Part shown: positions 1 to 9,500 of the stretch, in pieces | Position numbering within the stretch: position 1 is the stretch's first letter | How the letters are laid out: each line of letters begins with the position of its first letter | NCBI GenBank assembly: GCA_021300475.1 | Contig: JAJTDO010000010.1 | Coordinates: 6,533-70,532, forward strand | Source: Burkholderiales bacterium | GTDB lineage: Bacteria > Pseudomonadota > Gammaproteobacteria > Burkholderiales > Burkholderiaceae_B | Length of the DNA: 64,000 nucleotides | Reading direction: 5' to 3' | The notes under the pieces: model-generated | Seen by the model: the letters and a program-made list of their open reading frames with translations, nothing else | Told to the model about the DNA's origin: nothing | Database searches by the model: none | Made by a program: the position numbers and the translations under genes

Positions 1-1682
1 AGCACGAACAAGGTATTGACCAGTGAGGTGCCCAGTGCCGTGGTGAGGTTGATGCGCTGCACTTCCCCGCCAGACAAAGTCCGGCTTTGCCGGTCCAGCG
101 TGAGGTAACCCAAACCCACTTGCTTTAAAAACGACAGGCGCGCGCGCACCTCTGCCAGCACCAGTTCGCTGGCATCGCCCAAGGCCGCAGGCAGGCGCAA
201 CTGCCGCATGAAGGCTTCCACGCGTTCAATGGGGGTCAGCATCAGTTCATGCAGCGACACGCCGGGCAATGCGGACATCTGGGCGTCTGCCCAAGCCACG
301 CCATGGGGTTTGAAACGGCGGTACTGCCCCAGGGGGGCCTCTTGCTGCGCTCCCAGACGCCACAACAAACCTTCGGTTTTAAGGCGCGCACCTTCGCAAG
401 TGGGGCACGGGGTGTAGGCGCGGTACTTGGACAACAGCACACGCACGTGCATTTTGTAGGTTTTTGATTCCAGCCACTCGAAGTAACGCTTCACACCATA
501 AAACTTCGAACCTTCCCAGTTACCATCAAAGTCCACATCGCCGGCGATAACCCAAGCACGGTCTTCGTCCGTCATTTTTCGCCACGCCAGTTGCGTTGCA
601 ACACCGCGTTTTTTTGCAAAGCGGATCAAGTCGTTCTGACACGATACAAAACTGGCGGTCTGCCACGGCTTGATGGCGCCTTCGGCCAGTGATTTGCTTT
701 CATCAGGCACCACCAACCCGTAATCAATACCGACAACCCGCCCAAAACCACGACAGGCCTCGCAGGCGCCCAAGGGGGAATTGAAAGAAAAATGCGATGG
801 CAAGGGTGCGCTGTAATGCAAATCGCAGGGGGCGCAATGCAAGCCGCTGGAATAACGCCAGACTTCTGCCGTTTCGCCGGCTTCATTGAGCACCTGAACG
901 TCCAGACGGTTCTGCCCGCGCAGCAGCGCCGCTTCAATGGCTTCAGCCAAACGGGCATCTTCGGTGCCCGCCACCCGAAAACGGTCTTGCACCACATCGA
1001 GCACCAAAATGGCGGGTTTGTCTGCTTCGCCTTTTTTCTTGCGTGGCTTTTTCTCGCCCGGCTTTCCGGCACCGCCTTCTATCCGGCGGGCATGAATGCG
1101 TGAATAGCCTTGGGCACTCAGGTAGGACTCGACCTCTTCATCGCTAAAACTGGCGGGTACCTGAAGCGGGAACGTAATCAACAACCTCGGGTCACCTGCA
1201 AGGGCGGCACGCGAACGAATGCCTGCGGCAATGGTGGCGGGCGTGTCTTCTGCAACCGGGGCGGCACACTGACGGCAATGCAATTGCGTGGCACGTGCAA
1301 ACAGCAATTTCAGGTGGTCGTTGATTTCAGTCATCGTACCGACCGTGGAGCGGGAGGTGCGGACTTGGTTGGTTTGATCGATGGCGATGGCGGGTGGCAC
1401 GTTGTCTATGCCGTCCACCAGAGGTTTGTCCATCCGGTCTAAAAACTGCCGGGCGTAGGGGGAAAAGGTTTCCACATAACGCCGCTGCCCTTCTGCATAA
1501 AGGGTGTCAAATACCAGCGAGCTTTTACCGCTACCGGAAACCCCGGTCACCACAGTGATTTCGCCGCGGTTGATTTCCAGGCTGAGATTTTTAAGGTTGT
1601 GCTGCCGCGCACCCCTGATGCGAATACCATCAGCGTGAGTTGCGGTTGAATTTTCGAGGGGAATAGCGGAGGAAGGCTTCAT
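1..1682 (-). CDS. uvrA: Excinuclease ABC subunit A family protein (UvrA-like), 3' part outside window
   Basis: Manual translation from ATG 1682: IRIRGARQHNLKN, Walker A GVSGSGKSS, YAEGQRRYVETFSPYARQFL; the same frame near the left edge gives LGYLTLDRQSRTLSGGEVQRI. Absent from the ORF track, consistent with the frame running off the edge without a stop. Confidence 0.9.
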   Translation of the reverse strand, partial: MKPSSAIPLENSTATHADGIRIRGARQHNLKNLSLEINRGEITVVTGVSGSGKSSLVFDTLYAEGQRRYVETFSPYARQFLDRMDKPLVDGIDNVPPAIAIDQTNQVRTSRSTVGTMTEINDHLKLLFARATQLHCRQCAAPVAEDTPATIAAGIRSRAALAGDPRLLITFPLQVPASFSDEEVESYLSAQGYSRIHARRIEGGAGKPGEKKPRKKKGEADKPAILVLDVVQDRFRVAGTEDARLAEAIEAALLRGQNRLDVQVLNEAGETAEVWRYSSGLHCAPCDLHYSAPLPSHFSFNSPLGACEACRGFGRVVGIDYGLVVPDESKSLAEGAIKPWQTASFVSCQNDLIRFAKKRGVATQLAWRKMTDEDRAWVIAGDVDFDGNWEGSKFYGVKRYFEWLESKTYKMHVRVLLSKYRAYTPCPTCEGARLKTEGLLWRLGAQQEAPLGQYRRFKPHGVAWADAQMSALPGVSLHELMLTPIERVEAFMRQLRLPAALGDASELVLAEVRARLSFLKQVGLGYLTLDRQSRTLSGGEVQRINLTTALGTSLVNTLFV

Positions 1683-1722
1683 AACACTCACCAGACAGAG
1701 CCAATGAGTTTAACCCAACGAA

Positions 1723-1748
1723 GGGAGGCTGCGTTGTGCGCAGCCCCC
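1723..1748 (-). terminator. GC-rich hairpin downstream of aroG (possible terminator or stabiliser)
   Basis: GGCTGCG-ttgtg-CGCAGCC stem extended by GGG/CCC; weak U-tract. Confidence 0.4.
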
Positions 1749-1773
1749 AAATTTGCGGGTTACCTGCAGGTTT

Positions 1774-2841
1774 TCAGTCTTTCGATTTCAGCAGGCGACG
1801 CTTGCGAACGCCATCAGCCAAGGCTTCCAGCAAACCTATGCTGTCTTCCCAGCAAACGCAACCATCGGTAATGCTTTGACCGTAAGTGAGTTCTTTGCCT
1901 TGAACCAGATCTTGACGACCTTCAACCAAGTGACTCTCCACCATGACGCCCATGATGCGGCTTTCGCCGGCAGCCAGTTGCGCCGCAATGTCGGCGATGA
2001 CGTTGATCTGATTGCGGGGTAATTTTGAACTGTTGCCATGGCTGGCGTCCACCATCACATTGGCAGCCAGACCGGCGGCACCGATTTCCTTGCAAGCAGC
2101 ATCAATGCTGGCGGCATCGTAGTTAGGCGTTTTGCCACCGCGCAAAATAATATGGCAATCTTCATTGCCGCTGGTGGATACAATGGCGCTGCGCCCTTCT
2201 TTGGTCACTGACAAAAAGTGGTGCGGATGCTGCGCTGCCTTAATGGCATCGACTGCAATGCGCACATTGCCATCGGTACCATTCTTGAAACCCACCGGAC
2301 AGGACAAACCGGAGGACAGTTCACGGTGAATCTGGCTTTCCGTGGTTCGGGCGCCAATGGCTCCCCAAGACACCAGGTCTGCAATGTACTGCGGCGTGAT
2401 CATGTCCAGAAACTCGGTGCCCGCTGGCAAACCCAAGGCATTGACGGAGCGCAAAAATTCGCGCGCCATGCGCAGGCCTTTGTTGATTTCAAAGCTGCCG
2501 TTGAGGTCGGGGTCGTTGATCAAGCCCTTCCAGCCCACTGTGGTGCGGGGCTTTTCAAAATACACACGCATTACAATTTCCAGATCGCCACTGAAACGCT
2601 TGCGCTGCTCAACCAAGCGGCGGGCATATTCCATACCGGCTGCTGTGTCGTGTATGGAACAAGGACCGATTACAACCACCAGGCGATCGTCTGCGCCATG
2701 CAAAATACGGTGAATGCCTGCACGGGAATTCACCACGGTGTCCACAATCTCGGCGCTGAGCGGAAACTCTTCTATCAGGGCCGCTGGGGCTGTGACTTCT
2801 TTAATTTCTTTAATTCTCACATCGTCCGTCGCTATTTGCAT
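1774..2841 (-). CDS. aroG: 3-deoxy-7-phosphoheptulonate (DAHP) synthase, class I, Phe-sensitive type
   Basis: GPCSIHD, RVYFEKPRT, IGARTTESQ, DASHGNS and ITDGC motifs; N-terminal DDVRI and EFLDMITPQY/GLSCP resemble E. coli AroG. Start set at ATG 2841. Confidence 0.93.
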   Translation of the reverse strand: MQIATDDVRIKEIKEVTAPAALIEEFPLSAEIVDTVVNSRAGIHRILHGADDRLVVVIGPCSIHDTAAGMEYARRLVEQRKRFSGDLEIVMRVYFEKPRTTVGWKGLINDPDLNGSFEINKGLRMAREFLRSVNALGLPAGTEFLDMITPQYIADLVSWGAIGARTTESQIHRELSSGLSCPVGFKNGTDGNVRIAVDAIKAAQHPHHFLSVTKEGRSAIVSTSGNEDCHIILRGGKTPNYDAASIDAACKEIGAAGLAANVMVDASHGNSSKLPRNQINVIADIAAQLAAGESRIMGVMVESHLVEGRQDLVQGKELTYGQSITDGCVCWEDSIGLLEALADGVRKRRLLKSKD

Positions 2842-2874
2842 TTTTGCTCTCCACTGCATGGGCTTGGCCCACAC

Positions 2875-2906
2875 AAAAAAAAACCGCCAGGAATCTGCCT
2901 GGCGGT
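2875..2906 (-). terminator. Intrinsic terminator (attenuator) upstream of aroG
   Basis: Minus strand CCGCCAGG-CAGAUU-CCUGGCGG followed by 9 U, ending 33 nt before the aroG ATG. Confidence 0.88.
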
Positions 2907-2924
2907 GGGTGTTCCGAGTGTTAC

Positions 2925-3017
2925 TTATGAACGCTGTTTTCGAACACCGACCGCCGTCACCGCCAAAGAGCGATAACCGCCAAAATGACCGAAAGTAAAA
3001 AAGCGCGTGCGTTTCAT
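2925..3017 (-). CDS. Putative Phe-rich attenuator leader peptide MKRTRFFTFGHFGGYRSLAVTAVGVRKQRS
   Basis: 30-codon ORF read by hand; Phe at codons 6, 7, 9 and 12 and Tyr at 15; its 3' half is complementary to the terminator 5' arm. Confidence 0.8.
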   Translation of the reverse strand: MKRTRFFTFGHFGGYRSLAVTAVGVRKQRS

Positions 3018-3023
3018 GTAGTA

Positions 3024-3052
3024 ATTAAACCGCAGACCACGCTTTTTGGCAA
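3024..3052 (-). promoter_or_regulatory. Sigma70-type promoter for the aroG leader
   Basis: TTGCCA (3052-3047), 17-nt spacer, TTTAAT (3029-3024), then 6 nt to the leader ATG. Confidence 0.65.
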
Positions 3053-3076
3053 ATTAAACCGCGGCTCATCCGTGTC

Positions 3077-4057
3077 TCAATTCAAAAAAAGGTGTGGATA
3101 GGCTTTACGGGCATGGTCGTGTACAAAACCCGCTAGATGACTGCCCAATCTTTCAGCATTTTCCAACACAGCCATGGACGTCTTGTGCTCAGCCATGCCT
3201 GCCACAGTTCGCAGACTCTCTTCATTGGAAACCAGATAGTGAACTGCATCGACGCGCAGCTTTAAGACGGCAAAAACCAGCGGATGGGGAATGTTGCTGG
3301 CAGAGTGCGAGAAATTCAGACCACAATTTGCCGCCAGTGAAATTTCACGCAGAGAACCCGCTTCAACCAAAGTGTGGGCGATGGAGCGGCCACTGAGACT
3401 GGCCGAATTTTGCAACTGTACAAACAAGGGAATGGGAGTGCCGCCTTGATTTCCCAGCCGTGTGGGTGGCGGGAACACAGATCGTGGGAAAAAAGCAACT
3501 GTGGGCAAGGGGTTGGAGAGATAACCATGCCCGACACCTCGCTGAGCAAGCAGCAAAGCGCAATCGCTGGCTGAATGGTGAATAACAGCATCCAGCAAAT
3601 TGGTTGAAACACCGAGCTCTCGCCACTCAAAAAACGGGTCTAAACCCATGTCAAGCAACTCTTGCAACTTCGGCGCGAAACCGCCCGCCTGTAACCCTGC
3701 CTTGACATACCCAGCCAAGGCTGCAGAGGCAAGCCTGTGAATTTCGAGTCCTTCAAGCGTCCTGCTTGTAAGGCTTGAGCTTGGGTTCCGGTACAAGCCT
3801 TCATAGGCAATCACAGGGCCCAGAACAGCCATGCGACAAGCTTGGGTTTGTGACAGCAGCAATTCTGGATGGGCGACAACACAGTTGCAAAGCGCACCTA
3901 TGGTGAGCACCGGCACAGTGGGTGGTACTGAAACCGTGGAATCACTGAAAGTGCCCGGAAGGTTGGGCGACAAAATGCTGCGGGCGATTTCAACGGCAGT
4001 TGAGAATGGCGAGTGCGGTAAAACCATTGCGTACTTGAAAGGGCTCACTGAGGTCAT
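3077..4057 (-). CDS. Hypothetical protein with degenerate ankyrin-like helical repeats
   Basis: Long ORF filling the tldD-aroG gap; segments such as NLLDAVIHHSASDCALLLAQRG and HPLVFAVLKLRVDAVHYLVS resemble the ankyrin consensus. Confidence 0.55.
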   Translation of the reverse strand: MTSVSPFKYAMVLPHSPFSTAVEIARSILSPNLPGTFSDSTVSVPPTVPVLTIGALCNCVVAHPELLLSQTQACRMAVLGPVIAYEGLYRNPSSSLTSRTLEGLEIHRLASAALAGYVKAGLQAGGFAPKLQELLDMGLDPFFEWRELGVSTNLLDAVIHHSASDCALLLAQRGVGHGYLSNPLPTVAFFPRSVFPPPTRLGNQGGTPIPLFVQLQNSASLSGRSIAHTLVEAGSLREISLAANCGLNFSHSASNIPHPLVFAVLKLRVDAVHYLVSNEESLRTVAGMAEHKTSMAVLENAERLGSHLAGFVHDHARKAYPHLFLN

Positions 4058-4205
4058 GAAAATTACCTGTAGGAAATAGCAAGGAAAGCACATTGAAAAA
4101 CGCTGAAGAGCGTTAATTCCTTGAGTTGTTTTTCGAACAGGAAAGTTCCATTGACGCTTTCAGGTCGAACAGGTGGGATGCACCCAGTTCAGCCCTGAAA
4201 CCCCA

Positions 4206-5669
4206 TCACTGCGTGCCGCCAACCAGCAACCCTTCCAACAGCAAAGTGGGCTGCCCGACACCCACGGGCACACTTTGCCCTTCTTTGCCACAGGTGCCTA
4301 CGCCTTCGTCAAGCTGCATGTTGTTGCCCACCATTTTGACGCGGGTCAGAGCGTCAGGGCCATTGCCCATAAAGGTGGCGCCCTTGATTGGGTAAGTGAC
4401 CTTGCCGTTTTCAATTTTGTAGGCTTCTGAAGCTGAAAACACAAACTTTCCACTGGTAATGTCCACTTGACCGCCGCCAAAATTAACGGCGTAGATACCG
4501 TCCTTCACACTGGCAATAATTTCTTCAGGCGCATAAGCCCCTGACAGCATGTAGGTGTTGGTCATTCGTGGCATGGGCAGGTGGGCAAAACTTTCGCGTC
4601 TGCCGTTGCCTGTCAAAGGCATTTTCATGAGGCGTGCGTTCGTCATGTCTTGGATGTAGCCACGCAAAATACCGTCTTCAATCAGAACGGTACGCTCTGT
4701 CGGGTTGCCTTCGTCATCTACGTTCAAGGAACCGCGGCGATTGGGCAAAGTGCCATCGTCCACGACCGTAACGCCCTTGGCAGCCACCTGCTCACCAATG
4801 CGCCCTGAAAATGCACTGGACCCTTTGCGGTTGAAGTCGCCTTCCAACCCGTGACCAATGGCTTCATGCAACAAAATACCGGGCCAACCGGCGCCCAGCA
4901 CCACGGTTTGTGAACCCGCTGGCGCAGGGCGTGCATCCAGATTTATCAGCGCCTGATCAACAGCCGTTTCAGCGTAATGACGCAGCAGCGGCTCTTGGAA
5001 ATAACCGAAATCATAGCGTCCGCCACCGCCGGAGGAACCAGACTCCCTGCGACCGTTTTCTTCAACCAATACAGACACGCTCAAGCGCACCAGGGGACGG
5101 ATGTCTGCTGCCATGACGCCATCGCTGCGCGCCACCAAAACAATTTCCCAAGCACCCACCAAACTGGCCATCACTTGCTTGACGCGAGGATCCCGACCGC
5201 GGGCCAGGTGCTCAATGCGTTCGAGTATTGCCACTTTTGCAGTTGAATCCAGCGTTGGAATTGGGTTGCCGGGCGCATACAAATCAAGTCCGAACTGCCC
5301 GCGCAGTGGTTTTCCCACCTTGTGTTTTGCGCTTGCCCCGGAAGCAGCAATGGCTTTCACCGACTTGCAAGCCTCCATGAGGGGTTTGAAGGCGATGTCG
5401 TCGGAGTAGGCAAATGCGGTTTTGTCGCCAGTGACGGCACGCACACCCACGCCCTGTTCAATACTGAAACTGCCAGACTTCACAATACCTTCGTCAAGGC
5501 TCCAGCCTTCAACACAACTGTATTGGAAATAGGCGTCTGCAAAGTCGACCTTGCGTGTAAAAATTTCAGCCAAGGCTTTGCGTACCTTGCCCTCATCCAG
5601 ACCATAAGGCGTCCAGAGTGTTTCCTGTGCGGTCGCTAGTGTGCGAAAACCTGGGTCTATTGCATTCAT
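4206..5669 (-). CDS. tldD: Metalloprotease TldD
   Basis: HEAIGHGLEGDFNRKG, PMPRMTNT and GTCGKEGQSVPVGVGQPT motifs. Confidence 0.95.
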   Translation of the reverse strand: MNAIDPGFRTLATAQETLWTPYGLDEGKVRKALAEIFTRKVDFADAYFQYSCVEGWSLDEGIVKSGSFSIEQGVGVRAVTGDKTAFAYSDDIAFKPLMEACKSVKAIAASGASAKHKVGKPLRGQFGLDLYAPGNPIPTLDSTAKVAILERIEHLARGRDPRVKQVMASLVGAWEIVLVARSDGVMAADIRPLVRLSVSVLVEENGRRESGSSGGGGRYDFGYFQEPLLRHYAETAVDQALINLDARPAPAGSQTVVLGAGWPGILLHEAIGHGLEGDFNRKGSSAFSGRIGEQVAAKGVTVVDDGTLPNRRGSLNVDDEGNPTERTVLIEDGILRGYIQDMTNARLMKMPLTGNGRRESFAHLPMPRMTNTYMLSGAYAPEEIIASVKDGIYAVNFGGGQVDITSGKFVFSASEAYKIENGKVTYPIKGATFMGNGPDALTRVKMVGNNMQLDEGVGTCGKEGQSVPVGVGQPTLLLEGLLVGGTQ

Positions 5670-5719
5670 CTCGACTACTCTTTCAACAACGGTTCAAACA
5701 AGGATGACATCAGACAGCT

Positions 5720-6565
5720 TTAAAGTACACGGTGTTCCAGCGCGGGCAGTTGCGACCTGACTTTATTGAGTCTTTCTGCATCAAACTCGCCCAGCAACAC
5801 ACCTTCGCCTTCCGGCAGACAGGATAACACCTGCCCCCAAGGGTCTATCCACATACTGTGACCGTAGGTTTTTCGCCCGTTGTCGTGGTCGCCGCCCTGC
5901 CCGCATGCCAGCACGTAGCACTGGTTCTCAATGGCGCGGGCCCGCAACAGCACTTCCCAATGGGCCCGACCGGTGGTGTAGGTAAATGCCGCAGGCACCA
6001 CAATCATACCGACTGGCCCCATGGCCCGGTAAAGTTCGGGAAAGCGCAGGTCATAGCAGACCGACAAACCGATTCGCGTGCCCAAGGCATCGAAACAGCC
6101 CAACTCTGCACCCGGTTCTATGGTGGAGGCTTCATCGTAACGCTCTTTTTCAGTGGCGAACCGGAACAAATGAATTTTGTCGTAGCGGGCCACCTGCTCG
6201 CCGTCAGGGTTGAACACCAGGGTCGTATTCCTCACCTTGTCGTCAGGCACGGCCGCCAGCGGCAATGTACCGCCAATCAACCACACCCCGTGTTCTTTTG
6301 CCATGGCAGAGAGAAAGGCCTGAATGGGCCCTGTTCCCGCCTGTTCGCGGACAGCAACCTTGTCGGTGTCCCGGCGCCCCATCAATGCAAAATACTCCGG
6401 CAGAAGAATCAGACTGGCGCCCGCCTTGGCCGCTTCTGCGATTTGGGCTTGCGCGTAATAAAGGTTGTCGTCCACACGGGTGGAAGACACCATTTGAACC
6501 GCTGCCACTTTAAACTTCACAGGCGCAGATTTACCCGTTTTAGCCGTTTTTTCCTTGCCGCTCAA
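5720..6565 (-). CDS. Carbon-nitrogen hydrolase (Nit1-like, deaminated glutathione amidase family)
   Basis: LPEYF, YDKIHLF and CYDLRFPE (E-K-C triad); lies between yhdP and tldD. Confidence 0.9.
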   Translation of the reverse strand: MSGKEKTAKTGKSAPVKFKVAAVQMVSSTRVDDNLYYAQAQIAEAAKAGASLILLPEYFALMGRRDTDKVAVREQAGTGPIQAFLSAMAKEHGVWLIGGTLPLAAVPDDKVRNTTLVFNPDGEQVARYDKIHLFRFATEKERYDEASTIEPGAELGCFDALGTRIGLSVCYDLRFPELYRAMGPVGMIVVPAAFTYTTGRAHWEVLLRARAIENQCYVLACGQGGDHDNGRKTYGHSMWIDPWGQVLSCLPEGEGVLLGEFDAERLNKVRSQLPALEHRVL

Positions 6566-9500
6566 TTGCGTTTCTCCACTTTTTCAATGTTGGGATCCAC
6601 CCAGGTGCCAGAAACCTTGTATTCATAAGAAAAGGCTTTGGACAACGGGTCTTTGAGCACCAATTGCGCTAAAAAACTCGCAATGCCAATAGCAGGGTTT
6701 GCCGCCATTACGGAATATACCAAGGAGCCGCCGGCAGCGCTGACCTCAGGCAAAATAACGGCGCGCAAATCTTGCGTTTCCTTGACCAAATCCACTTTTC
6801 CTTCCATCAGCACAGAAGCGCTGACGCCCCGCATTTTAAAGTCGCTGGTACTCAATACGCCATTGGCAACGGAGGCATTGGCGAAAATCTGGTCGAATGC
6901 GAAACCTTCTGAAAATACATCCCGGAAATCCAGGGTCAGCCTTCTGGGCAAGGACTGCAAGGACAAAATACCCAACAAACGGGCTACGCCAGGCTCAGCC
7001 TTTAGAAACTGTCCGTTCTTGATGTCCATGCTGAGTTCACCGTTCATGGTGGCATAGTCAAAGGATTGAGGTGGGCCCACCCATTGCAAACGGCCATTGA
7101 CGGCGCCTGTGCCAGATCGCACCAGTTTTTCCAGACCCACCCGGTCCAGCAACTTGCCTGCATTGCCCACATCCATTTTAAAGTCAAGGCGGGTGCGGCG
7201 GGGTTGGCCGACCTGCTCGCGCCGCCATTCGCCTTTGGCAGTTAGCGTTGCATCCGGATTGCTCAATTGCATGTCGCGCAGTATCCACTGCTTGAACTGC
7301 CCTTCGCCTTCATTTACAGCCTTCAAGCGCAACTTGCCGTAATTTGTTTTCCCAATAAAAAACTGATCAACCGCAATGTCAAGCGCCGGAGTGTCAAAGT
7401 AATCTGTGGGGTCGGGCACCACTGCGACAACAGTATCGGGGGTTTCGGGAATAATGAGGCGAGCCAGCTTCAAGCTCAATGTACCCGCCACATCGGTTTT
7501 TGCATTTTGTGTCCAACTGGCCTGCCCCAACGCCTCTGCACTGCTGATATCAAAATTCCAGCTGTCTTTTTTCCGGGTACCGGACAACACCAGATCGTGG
7601 ATCACTTTGGTGGCGAACACCAACTGATCTGTTTTTAATGTGATGCGATCAGGCATTAACGCCACCGTATCTTTGGAGCCTTCGGTCAAGGTGCCGGCTG
7701 TGTTTGAATCAGCGGCTGACGGGTCGCCCAATTGCGTCAGTTGCCATTGATCCAAATCCAGTTTTGGCACCTTTACATTTAAGTTAAAACCACTTTCAGG
7801 CATCACCAGCGGTTCCCTCACCGCAATTGCGCCCCTTAAAATATTGCTTTTGCCGTTGGTACGATCGCGCTCCAAACGGCCCTGCAACAAGCCGACCTGA
7901 GAAATGCTGCCCTGATTCGAACTCAAGTACATGCGCAATTCATCCCGCACAATATTGCCGGCCTTGCTTAAGGTCGGAATCATGCGGAACTCAAACGGCC
8001 AGACTTCCTGAGCCTGTTTTACAAATGGTGCCGGTAAATCAGACACCAAGCCCTGCAGGTTACTCTCGACAGTGATGTCAGGCTCTCCAACGCCCGGCTT
8101 GATACCGATGTTCACGCCATATCTGGTTTGACCACTGATTCGCAAAGCCGTTGGCAGGCTCAAATAACGCTTGATGCCCTGGGCCGACGCCGTGCCCTCG
8201 GCTCGAAACTGCATGCTGCCGTCTGGACGGGTGCCCCCGTCCAACCTGACAGGACCGCCCAAACCAAAACCATTGAGGTTCTTGATGCTGACGCCAGACT
8301 CATTGAACTCCAGACTGCCTTTCACCTTGAGCAACTGCGGCAGGCCGGACATCAGCAATACATCGTTTTCGAGGAAGTTAAGCGTGCCCTTGAGTTTGGT
8401 CTGTTCGGGAACGCTCAGAGGCAGTTCCAGGGTAAGCGCGAGCTTTGCAGAACCGTTGGCCTTGGTTTCCAGCAACAAACCGTCCAGCATGGCATTGACC
8501 GGACTGCCATTGACATATTTGACCATGTCAGACATCGCACCTTGCGCCAGTCCTTCCACGCTCAGTACCCACGCATCCGCCATGAGTGAAGGAATTTTTA
8601 CCTGAACATTGCTCAAGTTGCTGTCTTTGGTCTTGGCCTGTTTTGCGCTGACGGTCAGGGTGTCGTTGTCGAAACTGACCACCCCCTCGATGTTGGTGAT
8701 GGCGGGCCATTCAGTGTCAAACAAGAGGTCGCCACCCTGTATTTTTCCCACCAGGCTGAATTCACCCTGATTGCGCTTTTTAAAAGGATAGTCGTTGAGG
8801 TTACCCTTCAAACGCCAATTGCCTTCGGTAACCATGCCCCCGCGCAGCCCGGTGGCCAGCCATGAGATGGCGTCAGGCGGGAAAAAACCGGGCATCAGGC
8901 CCGGAATGATATTGACGGGAACCCGTTTGAAATTGCCGGACAAATCAACGTCAGGCAACAGCTCACCCTGTGTTTGCAAGCTACCGTTCATACTCAAATG
9001 CATGTCTGCACGGCGCACCTGTAAGGTGTCGAAGTCCAGTTTCATGATTGCTTTGGAACCGCTGCCAAGCCTTCTCCAACGCCCTTGCGTGTTCAACTCG
9101 GAGAACGGAACCAAGGCGGTTTGCAAAACCTCTGGGGCATGAACATATCCTTCCGTGGCGCTCAAATTCCAACGCCCGCCCACTTCATCACCCGAGAATT
9201 CGCCGCTCAAGCCCTTGAAGCCGGGAAAACGCTGTTCCGGCCCAAATACCAAAGGATTCATGCCCAAACCTTCAAATGCAGCAGCGATGCGAAACGTTTC
9301 CGGCGCATCTGCCAGTCCATGCCAGTCCCATTGCAAACGCGTAATCTGACCCTCGGGCTGGGCCTGGAGCAAGGTTGAAACCCAAGCTTCCGGGAAAGGC
9401 AGGTAAACGGCAACGGCAACCAGATTGCGCACATCCAGCGCGCTGATTTTGACCTGCCCGGCAGCAATGCTGCCATCTTCCTGCGCCTCCAACTGCAACT

